A stretch of 14,849 bases of DNA from Gammaproteobacteria bacterium (GCA_050298595.1 JBNKUM010000052.1:1-14849), one strand, 5' to 3'; numbered from the stretch's first letter, positions 1 through 8,198 are shown. A program made the numbers and translations. Notes: a model not told the origin generated them from the letters alone.

Positions 1-445
1 GAAAGCCTTCATGAATCTCGGCTATGGGAAAACAGCCAGTTCACCCATTATTGCTCAGGATCTTGCCATGCTGCGCAACAATGACAGGTTCTTAATTAAC
101 CGCGATAGACTGCTGGACGCAGCAATACAGGCTGTTAACAACCCTGTAGAGCAACAGCAGTTTGAACGCCCTGCACTCAAAATGCCGGGTGAAGAACTAT
201 TTAATGAGATGCATCAATGGCTGGTAAAGGCACAACAAAAAGGAATATTCTACCCGCATGATGTTGTCGTCGGCACAGAAATCGCTCGAATCGTTACTGG
301 TGGTGAGATCCCTGCCGGAACCGTCTGGCATGAACAGGATTTTTACGATGCAGAACGTCGTGCATTTATAACACTGGCTTCAACACAGGCCACACGAGAC
401 CGTATTAACTCGATGCTAGATGGCGCAGGAAGTATAAGAAACTAA
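1..445 (+). CDS. 3' end of a 3-hydroxyacyl-CoA dehydrogenase/enoyl-CoA hydratase family protein (FadN-like), 5'-truncated by the window edge
   Basis: The frame is open from the window start (aaa gcc ttc atg...). The C-terminus ERRAFITLASTQATRDRINSMLDGAGSIRN and the HDVVVGTEIARIVTGG segment resemble FadN-type bifunctional beta-oxidation enzymes. The next gene is an acyl-CoA ligase. Confidence 0.8.
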   Translation, partial: KAFMNLGYGKTASSPIIAQDLAMLRNNDRFLINRDRLLDAAIQAVNNPVEQQQFERPALKMPGEELFNEMHQWLVKAQQKGIFYPHDVVVGTEIARIVTGGEIPAGTVWHEQDFYDAERRAFITLASTQATRDRINSMLDGAGSIRN

Positions 446-483
446 TGAGCAATCTATAAGTACGCGTCAGACCATCAGTAAAA

Positions 484-489
484 GAGGAG
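484..489 (+). promoter_or_regulatory. Shine-Dalgarno site for the acyl-CoA synthetase
   Basis: GAGGAG lies 6 nt upstream of ATG 496. Confidence 0.7.
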
Positions 490-495
490 CACAAA

Positions 496-2133
496 ATGAC
501 AATCGATTACGACCTGTTGTCAAAAAATGATGCAAACTTTATCTCACTGACCCCCATATCTTTTCTTCATCGCAGTGCAGATATCTATCCTCAGCGTGAA
601 TCCATTATCTATAACCAGAGACGATATACCTGGGCACGAACGCGCGAAAGATGTGTCCGTATAGCGTCTAGCCTGCATAGTCGTGGCATCGGTAAAAATG
701 ATACCGTGTCTGTATTCGCCTTCAACACGCCGGAAATGGTCGAAAGTCATTTCTCCATTCCTATGGCAGGTGCAGTATTAAATACCATCAACACCAGACT
801 CGATGCCGAAACAGTAGCTTATATTATCGACCATGGAGAATCCCGCATGGTCATGGTAGATCGTCAGTTATTGCCGGTATTACAAAAGGCTCTTGAAACT
901 GCCAACGGTTCACCCGAGATTGTGCTTATCGATGATGCTGATGCCGATGAGAAACCGGAATTACCTGGAGATATTACATTCACTCTATACGAAGATCTGG
1001 TCGATCAGGGAGATAAAAACTTTGACTGGCAGGGACCGGAAGATGAATGGCAGGCTCTGGCACTCAATTACACATCAGGTACTACTGGGCATCCAAAAGG
1101 AGTGGCATACCATCATCGTGGATCCTACCTGATGACCATGGGTACAGTTATTTCATGGTCCCTGCACTCTCATCCTGTTTACCTGTACACCGTACCCATG
1201 TTCCATTGTAACGGCTGGGGACATGCATGGACCATGGCTGCGGTTGCCGGAACCATAGTGTGCATCAGAGCCTTTTCACCAAAGCGCCTGTTCGACCTCG
1301 TTGAACAACACAGGGTTACTCATTTTGGAGGCGCTCCGATCATTCTCAATATGTTGGCGAATGCCTCTCCTGAAGAGCAGAAGAAATTCGACCACACTGT
1401 ACATGTTATGACCGCAGGTGCCCCTCCTCCAGCTAAGGTACTCGAAAGCATGAACCAGTTTAATTTTGAAGTGATTCATGTATACGGATTGACTGAAAGC
1501 TATGGTCATATCCTGCACTCAGCGGTTCAGGATGACTGGGCAGAGCAAAGTATCGAAAAACAGGCCGAGTTAAAGTCTCGACAGGGCGTACGCTTCGCCA
1601 TGACGGAAGCAGTAGATGTCATCAACCCCGAATCAGGTGAATCAGTACCCTGGGATGCGGAAACCATTGGTGAAATCGTGATCCGTGGCAATACCCTTAT
1701 GAAGGGTTATCTAAAAGATATTGAAGCCACTGCAAAGGTATTTAAAGATGGCTGGTTTTTTAGCGGAGACCTGGCTGTTATCCACGAAGATGGTTACATT
1801 CAGATCAAAGACAGGGCCAAGGATATTATCATCTCTGGTGGCGAGAATATTTCATCGGTTGAGATAGAAGGTATCCTGTATAAACACCCTTCTGTAGGAG
1901 AAGCAGCTGTAGTTGCTATGGGCGATGAGAAATGGGGCGAAGTACCCTGCGCATTCATCGAACTGAAATCAGGGCAACATGTAAGCGAGGAAGAGCTGAT
2001 AGACTTCTGCGCCGACCATATGGCGCGTTTTAAGAAACCCAAGAAAGTGGTGTTTGGAGAATTACCTAAAACAGCCACAGGCAAGATCCAGAAGAATGTA
2101 TTACGTGAACGTGTGAAAGATACGGCTGAATAG
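496..2133 (+). CDS. Acyl-CoA synthetase / AMP-binding enzyme (short/medium-chain fatty acid-CoA ligase type)
   Basis: 545 aa with the ANL motifs YTSGTTGHPKG, YGLTE, SGDL, DRAKDIIISGGENI and PKTATGKIQK. Confidence 0.93.
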   Translation: MTIDYDLLSKNDANFISLTPISFLHRSADIYPQRESIIYNQRRYTWARTRERCVRIASSLHSRGIGKNDTVSVFAFNTPEMVESHFSIPMAGAVLNTINTRLDAETVAYIIDHGESRMVMVDRQLLPVLQKALETANGSPEIVLIDDADADEKPELPGDITFTLYEDLVDQGDKNFDWQGPEDEWQALALNYTSGTTGHPKGVAYHHRGSYLMTMGTVISWSLHSHPVYLYTVPMFHCNGWGHAWTMAAVAGTIVCIRAFSPKRLFDLVEQHRVTHFGGAPIILNMLANASPEEQKKFDHTVHVMTAGAPPPAKVLESMNQFNFEVIHVYGLTESYGHILHSAVQDDWAEQSIEKQAELKSRQGVRFAMTEAVDVINPESGESVPWDAETIGEIVIRGNTLMKGYLKDIEATAKVFKDGWFFSGDLAVIHEDGYIQIKDRAKDIIISGGENISSVEIEGILYKHPSVGEAAVVAMGDEKWGEVPCAFIELKSGQHVSEEELIDFCADHMARFKKPKKVVFGELPKTATGKIQKNVLRERVKDTAE

Positions 2134-2182
2134 ATTGGGCGAAATCTTTTTAGGTGTATTTGGATCTTTGCGATGTGTTGCC

Positions 2183-2223
2183 ATAAGGTTGAGCTGTCAA
2201 GGATTCCTTGACAGTTGCCTTAT
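2183..2223. repeat. Strong palindrome/hairpin between convergent genes (possible terminator or REP-like unit)
   Basis: CTGTCAAGGA (2194-2203), t, TCCTTGACAG (2205-2214) is a perfect 10-bp inverted repeat. ATAAGG (2183-2188) and CCTTAT (2218-2223) extend it. There is no clear U-tract. Confidence 0.6.
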
Positions 2224-2275
2224 CTAGCAATTCACCATTGTCAAAATTGTTGGATGGCGATTTGCTTTCCTTAAC

Positions 2276-2401
2276 GTCGGAAGGCGCTCCGCTCGGCTCT
2301 GGCTTCCTGCTTCGCCCTACCACCTACGTCCATGTAGGCGTCGGCAACTGCTCCTGCGTTGCTCTACTCTCCGGCATCCCTGCCGGGATTTCCCGACCTA
2401 C
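2276..2401 (-). repeat. Composite GTAG-type REP-like element containing four tandem GGA-loop mini-hairpins
   Basis: The minus strand reads GTAGGTCGGGAAA...GCGGAGCGCCTTCCGAC (outer imperfect IR GTCGGGAA / CTTCCGAC). It encloses hairpins at 2371-2386, 2344-2362, 2323-2338 and 2295-2316. Confidence 0.6.
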
Positions 2402-2517
2402 GATTCCAGGTTACAGGTTTTACAACTCGTCCAACTGCGGATTCCAGGCTAAAGAGCCCTATGCATTACGCCAAAGTCATTACTATTTTATGTTTTTTGG
2501 ATTTCTATCGATTTTAG

Positions 2518-4017
2518 TCAGGCGGCTGCTTCCGAGTGAGGCGCGTTGGATGACATCAATAAAACCTGCCTGATCACTCTAATGATCTGGTCAATTTCTT
2601 CAGCGGTAATATTAAAATGAGGTGTGAAACGTAAAGCGTTTTTTCCACCATGAATAACGCCCACGCCCATTTTACGCATCCTTTCTTCTATTGAATCCTT
2701 ACCAAAACACTTTAAGCCCGAATGCAGCTTAAAGGATACTAGTAACCCTGTTCCCTGTACGTCAGTAATCAATCCATTCATTTCCTGTGATAGCTGTTGC
2801 AGGCGATCCACAAATTCTCTGCCTTTGAGCTTTATATTCTCTCTTACATCAGGCGTTATCATAGACAGAACCTGCGTTGCTACATCCAGAGCACGCGGGT
2901 TTGTGGTCATGGTGTTTCCATAAACGCCTTTTTTATAAAGTGCCGCAGCTCGTTTGTTCATGGCTAATACGGATAAAGGATACTGACCCGCATTCAGCGC
3001 CTTGGACCAGGTTTCCATATCCGGTGCCTGTATGCCTTCAAACCCAGGGTAATCTACAATAGACAGGCAGCCATGAGCACGCAGGCCAGCCTGTATAGAA
3101 TCAACCAGTAATAAAGCCCCATGCTGGCTGGTTAATTCACGGGCCAGATCATAAAAATCACGCTCAATGGCCAGTCCTGGGTTGCCTTCACCCATAACCG
3201 GTTCGATAAACATGGATTCAATAAAAATGCCATCCAGCCTCGCCTGTTCAAAAACCTGGCGTAACTGTTGTTGGTTATTGGGTTCAACCGTCAACAGATT
3301 GTCTCTGTCTCTAAAGCTGGCCAGATGTTTTTTATAAACAGATTGAGATGAGTCTGAGTATTGAGCGGGCCTGTCGGTACGGCCATGAAATCCGCCTTTA
3401 AGGGCAATATGTTTAATGATCTTTTTGGCATGTGGACCATCGTTTTCAGTAGACAGAGCGGCATGAATATCAGAGATTCTCGCAGCAACAGAAACCGATT
3501 CCGAACCTGAATTAACAAAAAGAAATCCCTCGTAAGGACAACAACCGGAAGAATGTCCGACTTCATGTTTCAATGCCTCAATCAAGCGATACTGTGAAAA
3601 ACTGGCTGTCATCACATTGGCCATTACCTGATGTTGATTCATGGCCTGCAATACGGGCTCGGGAGAATGACCAAACCCGAGCATTCCATAGCCCCCGTTA
3701 TCGTGAATCACTGCACCTTTGGCTGTAATAATCCAGGGACCGCGAGCAGCCAGCGCAACAAAGGGATTCACCACATCTTCATCATAAAAATTGACGATTC
3801 CTTTTTGCATAGCCCTTACTTGCATAGACTCGTCCAGTCTCATCAATGCAGGCTGTTGTTGTGATAACTCCAGAAAAACCTGATAAGCATCATTAACGGC
3901 ATCAACCAGAGAGGGATGGCTGACAGCAAACCGATTGATCACCTCATCATCCAGACCGACTGTTTCCGCTTGCCCGGAAAAATCACGCATCGCTTTTAGT
4001 TTTTGTATTACATCCAT
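2518..4017 (-). CDS. lat: Class-III PLP aminotransferase, L-lysine 6-aminotransferase (LAT) type
   Basis: 499 aa with motifs VNFY..D.V.PFVALAARGPW, GGYGMLGFGH, NSGSE, FHGRTDRPA, EPVMGEG, DSIQAG, SKALN (PLP Lys) and YGNTMTTNPRALDVA. These closely match my recollection of the Flavobacterium lutescens / Xanthomonadales LAT. AmaB and AmaA nearby support the call. Confidence 0.8.
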   Translation of the reverse strand: MDVIQKLKAMRDFSGQAETVGLDDEVINRFAVSHPSLVDAVNDAYQVFLELSQQQPALMRLDESMQVRAMQKGIVNFYDEDVVNPFVALAARGPWIITAKGAVIHDNGGYGMLGFGHSPEPVLQAMNQHQVMANVMTASFSQYRLIEALKHEVGHSSGCCPYEGFLFVNSGSESVSVAARISDIHAALSTENDGPHAKKIIKHIALKGGFHGRTDRPAQYSDSSQSVYKKHLASFRDRDNLLTVEPNNQQQLRQVFEQARLDGIFIESMFIEPVMGEGNPGLAIERDFYDLARELTSQHGALLLVDSIQAGLRAHGCLSIVDYPGFEGIQAPDMETWSKALNAGQYPLSVLAMNKRAAALYKKGVYGNTMTTNPRALDVATQVLSMITPDVRENIKLKGREFVDRLQQLSQEMNGLITDVQGTGLLVSFKLHSGLKCFGKDSIEERMRKMGVGVIHGGKNALRFTPHFNITAEEIDQIIRVIRQVLLMSSNAPHSEAAA

Positions 4018-4136
4018 ATCCGGCTCACATTTATAGATTGAATGCTTATTAAATCATTGTTAGTAGTCAATTCGTAGTTATATACTAACCAAAGTTTGTA
4101 GCTAACCTATGCAATTTAACTATATAAACAAACATA
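4018..4136. promoter_or_regulatory. AT-rich divergent promoter region between lat and the Lrp/AsnC regulator
   Basis: 119-bp divergent intergenic region with inverted repeat GTTAGTA (4059-4065) / TACTAAC (4083-4089) and recurring GTAGYYA units (4063, 4074, 4098). Confidence 0.5.
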
Positions 4137-4568
4137 ATGACTAATTACGATAAAGATAGAGAGCTTCTTGCGCTGCTCAAAGATAATGCGAGAATGCCCA
4201 TCAGCGAGCTTGCGCGAAAACTAAATGTATCTCGTACGGCTGCTCAAGCCCGCCTTAGCCGACTTGAACGTAGCGGGGTCATTAACGGCTATACCATCAG
4301 GCTATCTGACAGTTATCAGGAAAATAACATCAAGGCCATTATCATGATTAAATTACCGCCTAAAAAGCGTGCAAAGGTTGAACAGACCTTGAAAGCAATC
4401 CCCGAATTAACCTCGCTTTATTCTATTAGTGGCACTTTTGATTTGTCTGCTATCGTCACGGCACCATCGGTTCCTGAACTGGATAAGATCATCGATCAAA
4501 TAGGCGCTTTGGAAGGCGTAGAAGAAACTCAATCTTCAGTTATTCTTTCAACCAAGATCGATCGTTGA
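4137..4568 (+). CDS. Lrp/AsnC family transcriptional regulator
   Basis: 143 aa. N-terminal HTH DRELLALLKDNARMPISELARKLNVSRTAAQARLSRLERSGVINGYT, plus a C-terminal RAM domain (SISGTFDL...). Confidence 0.95.
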   Translation: MTNYDKDRELLALLKDNARMPISELARKLNVSRTAAQARLSRLERSGVINGYTIRLSDSYQENNIKAIIMIKLPPKKRAKVEQTLKAIPELTSLYSISGTFDLSAIVTAPSVPELDKIIDQIGALEGVEETQSSVILSTKIDR

Positions 4569-4681
4569 AATCGTCTTCTAATGACTCATGGAACCATGGC
4601 TCAGCAGCATTAAAGAGATTCAACAACAGCCTGCTATTGATGGATTCTATTTCTTATAAAACGAAATATTATCATTAGTAC

Positions 4682-4696
4682 ATGACAAAAACTCAT
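4682..4696. promoter_or_regulatory. Putative LysR-type binding box (ATGA-N7-TCAT, T-N11-A)
   Basis: ATGAcaaaaacTCAT dyad about 60 bp upstream of the LysR start, fitting the T-N11-A rule. Confidence 0.55.
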
Positions 4697-4756
4697 ACCC
4701 ATCAACATGGACATCAGTTATATTAGAGACTTCTGTTCACCTTTACTAAACTGCTC

Positions 4757-5662
4757 ATGGGTATGAACCAAAGAAGGCTACTGCCGTCAACCAGTATGCT
4801 GTCCGCGTTTGAATCAGCTGCCAGGCTGGGTAGTTTTTCGCGCGCGGCGTCTGAATTAAACCTCACACAAGGCGCTATCTCTCGACAGGTTCGAGCCCTT
4901 GAAGATCAGCTTGAACTCGAACTGTTTGATCGTACGCCTCAACATGTCTGCCTGACACACGCAGGGGTTCAATATGCAAAAGAAATCGCAACAGCCCTGA
5001 ATATCATCAGAACCGCCACCCTAAACATTATTACCAATCATGACGGTGGTGAATTCAGGCTCTCAATTCTACCGACCTTCGGCACCAAATGGCTGATTCC
5101 TCGACTTTCAGGCTTTCTTACACAAAATCCCGATATCAACATTAGCTTCAAGAGTCATTTCGCTCCATTTGATTTCAATACAGAAAACGTGGATGCCGCT
5201 ATTCATTATGGACAACCCGATTGGCCCGATGCGGAATGTAGCTTTTTAATGAATGAAACCGTGGTCCCTGTTTATGCACCGTCTTTGGAGAAAAAGTATG
5301 TGATAGCCCAGCTAGAGGATTTCAGGAATATCCCCCTGCTGCATCTGTCCACTCGAGATGATCACTGGACTAAATGGTTTCAGTTAAACGGAATACAAAA
5401 CGAAATATCACAGGGTATTACGTTCGAACAGTTTTCTTCAGTTGCACAAGCTGCCTGCGCAGGCCTGGGGGTTGCCCTCATGCCCAGACTGTTTGTTGAA
5501 AATGAACTGAAATCAGGGGCCTTGAAAACATTTGAGGCCGGAGAGTGTAAGAGCTCATCGTCCTATTATTTCGTCACTCCCAAGCACAGAAGTACCTACG
5601 CCCCGGTTAGAGCGTTTCGAGAATGGATCGTAGAAACCGCCAGGGATTATTACATTTCGTAA
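4757..5662 (+). CDS. LysR family transcriptional regulator (GcvA-like)
   Basis: 301 aa. HTH RRLLPS..MLSAFESAARLGSFSRAASELNLTQGAISRQVRALE, then PTFGTKWLIPRL and AACAGLGVALMP. The start may be ATG 4763. Confidence 0.95.
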   Translation: MGMNQRRLLPSTSMLSAFESAARLGSFSRAASELNLTQGAISRQVRALEDQLELELFDRTPQHVCLTHAGVQYAKEIATALNIIRTATLNIITNHDGGEFRLSILPTFGTKWLIPRLSGFLTQNPDINISFKSHFAPFDFNTENVDAAIHYGQPDWPDAECSFLMNETVVPVYAPSLEKKYVIAQLEDFRNIPLLHLSTRDDHWTKWFQLNGIQNEISQGITFEQFSSVAQAACAGLGVALMPRLFVENELKSGALKTFEAGECKSSSSYYFVTPKHRSTYAPVRAFREWIVETARDYYIS

Positions 5663-5772
5663 TACCCTTTTGAAAATCTGTCGTTAGCACCTTGTGCGTT
5701 TTTTAGCTTTACTTGTCATACATTCAGATCGCAATCAACGGTTGCGTCTTTTTCACCCGGTGAGGAAAAACA

Positions 5773-7458
5773 ATGTTAGACAAGGTAAGCGCTCAGGAGA
5801 TTAAAGTTGATGAAGTCATGCGTAAAGCTGACTTATCCAGTGAATCAACAGGGATTGATATTGAAACAGTCATGCATGAAGGCGGCTACCCGGAAGAGGC
5901 GCAGCAAATCGCGTTAAAAGAAAAGTTGTTACCTTCAGGGCTGGTGAATCGTTTACACAATATTTACCCCCACTATTCCATCCTCAGTCGTACAAGCAGG
6001 CCGATGTTTACCGAGCGTGAAAACTACACCGGATTGAAGGGCTTTCGTACCGTTTGTGCAACGCTTGCAGAACACGGTATTGACATCGGCCATATTGATG
6101 AGCGCGAGCTTTTTGTTGAGGTTTACCGTTTTCTGGCAACACGCCATACATTGAATAGTATTGACTGGGAAAACTACAGCAGCGATAGCGTATTTCAGCT
6201 GGTTTTCCCCCAACCGGGGATGATTCGCCAGGATATAGTAGATAAATATATTGCTGCCGGAGACAAACAATCTCGTACTCAGGTTGCGCTGGACTATATG
6301 CAGGAAACCAACCCGCATGACGGTAACCAGCTACTGAACAAACCCTGGTTTAAGAATGAGGATGGTGTACTTGAAGTGCTAGCAGGAAGCCAGCATAAAT
6401 ACCCGCAGACACAGCTAATTTTTGATAAATCAACGCAGCACTGTTTCTCTTTCTGTACCTACTGTTTTCGTCATGCTCAGGTACGCGGTGACGAAGATAT
6501 GTTTCTGCAAAAAGACATCAATCAAATTCACGAATACATGCGTCAGCATAAAGAAATCACCGACATGTTGATTACCGGCGGTGACGGTGGGTATATGCCT
6601 GCTGACCGGCTGATGCAATACGTTGAGCCACTATTCACCGATCCAGAGCTCATGCATATCCGCACTGTGCGTCTGGCAACACGCGCTTTAACCTTTCAGC
6701 CTGAACTGGTTCTGACCGCTAAATACGAAAAAATGCTGGCCGTTTTCGACAAGCTTCATGAAAACGGAATTCAACTGGCCTGGATGGCGCATTTCTCAAC
6801 ACCAAAAGAATTACTTAACCCGATGACTATTGCAGCAGTACGTCGTCTGCAACGACACGGAGTCGTCATTAGAAGTCAAAGCCCGATGATGAAACACATC
6901 AGCCTGTTCCCGAATGTCGATGGCAGCATCGATATCGATAAGTCTGCCCAGAACTGGATTGATCTGGCTCATATCCTTTGTACACTATCGATAGGCTTCC
7001 ACTCTATGTACTGCGCTCGTCCAACCGGTGAGCATCATTACTACACTGCGCCTTTAGCGGATGTGGTGAAGATTTTTAACAAAATCTACCGATCCCTGCC
7101 CTCTATCTCACGCCCCTCTCGCCATATCTCCATGACGACTTCGGCGGGCAAATTATCTTTGATGGGTCTGTCTGAAATCAATGGCGAAACCGTGTTTGCG
7201 CTGAAATTCAACGAAGCGCGCAACATGCAATGGATCGATAAAGTTTTCCATGCCAAATACAACCCAGACACCAATGATGTCAATCTACTTAATCCCATCG
7301 AAGGCGATAGCTTCTTCTTTGAAAACGAACTGCAACAGATTGAAGATGAACTGGGTGATTCACTAAAAGAAGCCATGGCAAGTGCGACCAGCGTTCATAT
7401 GGATGAAACTCTGCAGGAAGATCAATCCGCAGAAACAGATTTTCCAGCCGCTTTCTAA
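5773..7458 (+). CDS. KamA-family radical SAM / PLP-dependent 2,3-aminomutase (substrate probably not lysine; candidate 2-aminoadipate 2,3-aminomutase)
   Basis: 561 aa. HKYP is followed by CFSFCTYCFR (C224/C228/C231, R233). Further motifs are ITGGD, RTVRLATR, AHF..P.EL, RSQSP and SAGK460 (PLP-Lys equivalent). RBS GAGGA lies upstream. Confidence 0.88.
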   Translation: MLDKVSAQEIKVDEVMRKADLSSESTGIDIETVMHEGGYPEEAQQIALKEKLLPSGLVNRLHNIYPHYSILSRTSRPMFTERENYTGLKGFRTVCATLAEHGIDIGHIDERELFVEVYRFLATRHTLNSIDWENYSSDSVFQLVFPQPGMIRQDIVDKYIAAGDKQSRTQVALDYMQETNPHDGNQLLNKPWFKNEDGVLEVLAGSQHKYPQTQLIFDKSTQHCFSFCTYCFRHAQVRGDEDMFLQKDINQIHEYMRQHKEITDMLITGGDGGYMPADRLMQYVEPLFTDPELMHIRTVRLATRALTFQPELVLTAKYEKMLAVFDKLHENGIQLAWMAHFSTPKELLNPMTIAAVRRLQRHGVVIRSQSPMMKHISLFPNVDGSIDIDKSAQNWIDLAHILCTLSIGFHSMYCARPTGEHHYYTAPLADVVKIFNKIYRSLPSISRPSRHISMTTSAGKLSLMGLSEINGETVFALKFNEARNMQWIDKVFHAKYNPDTNDVNLLNPIEGDSFFFENELQQIEDELGDSLKEAMASATSVHMDETLQEDQSAETDFPAAF

Positions 7459-7487
7459 CAATAGTGAGCCAATATAGATAACTAATC

Positions 7488-8198
7488 ATGATAGATAAAC
7501 GCATATCTACCGTTGCTGAAGCCGTTGCCGATATTCCTGATGGTGCCACCATCATGATTGGCGGTTTTGGTGAAGCCGGCAGCCCTACCGAACTGATCCA
7601 TGCGCTGATCGACCAGGGAGCTAAAGAGCTGACCGTCATCAATAACAATACCGGCAATGGTGAAATTGGTCTGGCCGCACTCATTGGCAACGGCCAGGTG
7701 AGGAAAATGATCTGTTCCTACCCTCGCTCCAGTCACTCGAAGGTTTTTCCAGTGTTATACCGTAATGGAGACATTGAGCTCGAAATCGTTCCACAGGGCA
7801 CTCTGGCTGAACGTATTCGTGCAGGTGGTGCCGGCATACCCGCGTTTTATACCGCCACAACGGTGGGAACGGTACTGGCCGACGGAAAAGAAAAACGTGA
7901 ATTCGATGAGCGCGAGTACGTACTGGAATATGCGCTTAAGGCTGATTTTGCGCTGATTAAATGTGAACGAGCAGACCGCCTCGGTAACCTGATCTACAAC
8001 AAAACTGCACGTAATTTTAATCCGATTATGTGTACTGCTTCGACAACCACCATCGTACAGGCACACAAGATTGTAGAGCTTGGTCAGCTTGATCCAGAAG
8101 CAATCATTACGCCCAATGTTTTCGTTAATCGAATTGTTGAAGTGGAATCGCCTCTGATTGAATCTAAACTGATTGCCGAGGGAGTGAGCTACCCATGA
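7488..8198 (+). CDS. pcaI: 3-oxoadipate (3-oxoacid) CoA-transferase subunit A
   Basis: MIDK.I...AEAVADIPDGATIMIGGFG.AG.P.ELI.ALIDQGA, NNTGNG, CSYPR and PQGTLAERIRAGGAGIPAFYT are typical of PcaI. Confidence 0.88.
   Translation: MIDKRISTVAEAVADIPDGATIMIGGFGEAGSPTELIHALIDQGAKELTVINNNTGNGEIGLAALIGNGQVRKMICSYPRSSHSKVFPVLYRNGDIELEIVPQGTLAERIRAGGAGIPAFYTATTVGTVLADGKEKREFDEREYVLEYALKADFALIKCERADRLGNLIYNKTARNFNPIMCTASTTTIVQAHKIVELGQLDPEAIITPNVFVNRIVEVESPLIESKLIAEGVSYP

Noticed and set aside
1-2133. Involvement of the FadN-like gene and acyl-CoA synthetase in the lysine pathway
   Set aside because: They form a separate, convergent transcription unit separated by repeats. They fit an ordinary beta-oxidation operon and are not needed for the proposed chemistry.
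2208-2573. 121-aa + strand ORF (TTG start)
   Set aside because: It starts inside a palindrome, runs through the REP-like repeat and overlaps the end of lat antisense. It has no SD and no recognisable domain, so it is probably spurious.
5725-5738. FNR-like site CAGAT-N4-ATCAA upstream of the radical SAM gene
   Set aside because: One half-site matches only 3/5, and it lies about 35 nt from the ATG, too close for a typical activating position.
5773-7458. Annotation as epmB, ablA or classical fermentative kamA
   Set aside because: No efp/epmA, ablB or kamDE/kdd/kce neighbours are present. The protein is much longer than EpmB, and the lysine-binding Asp residues appear substituted.
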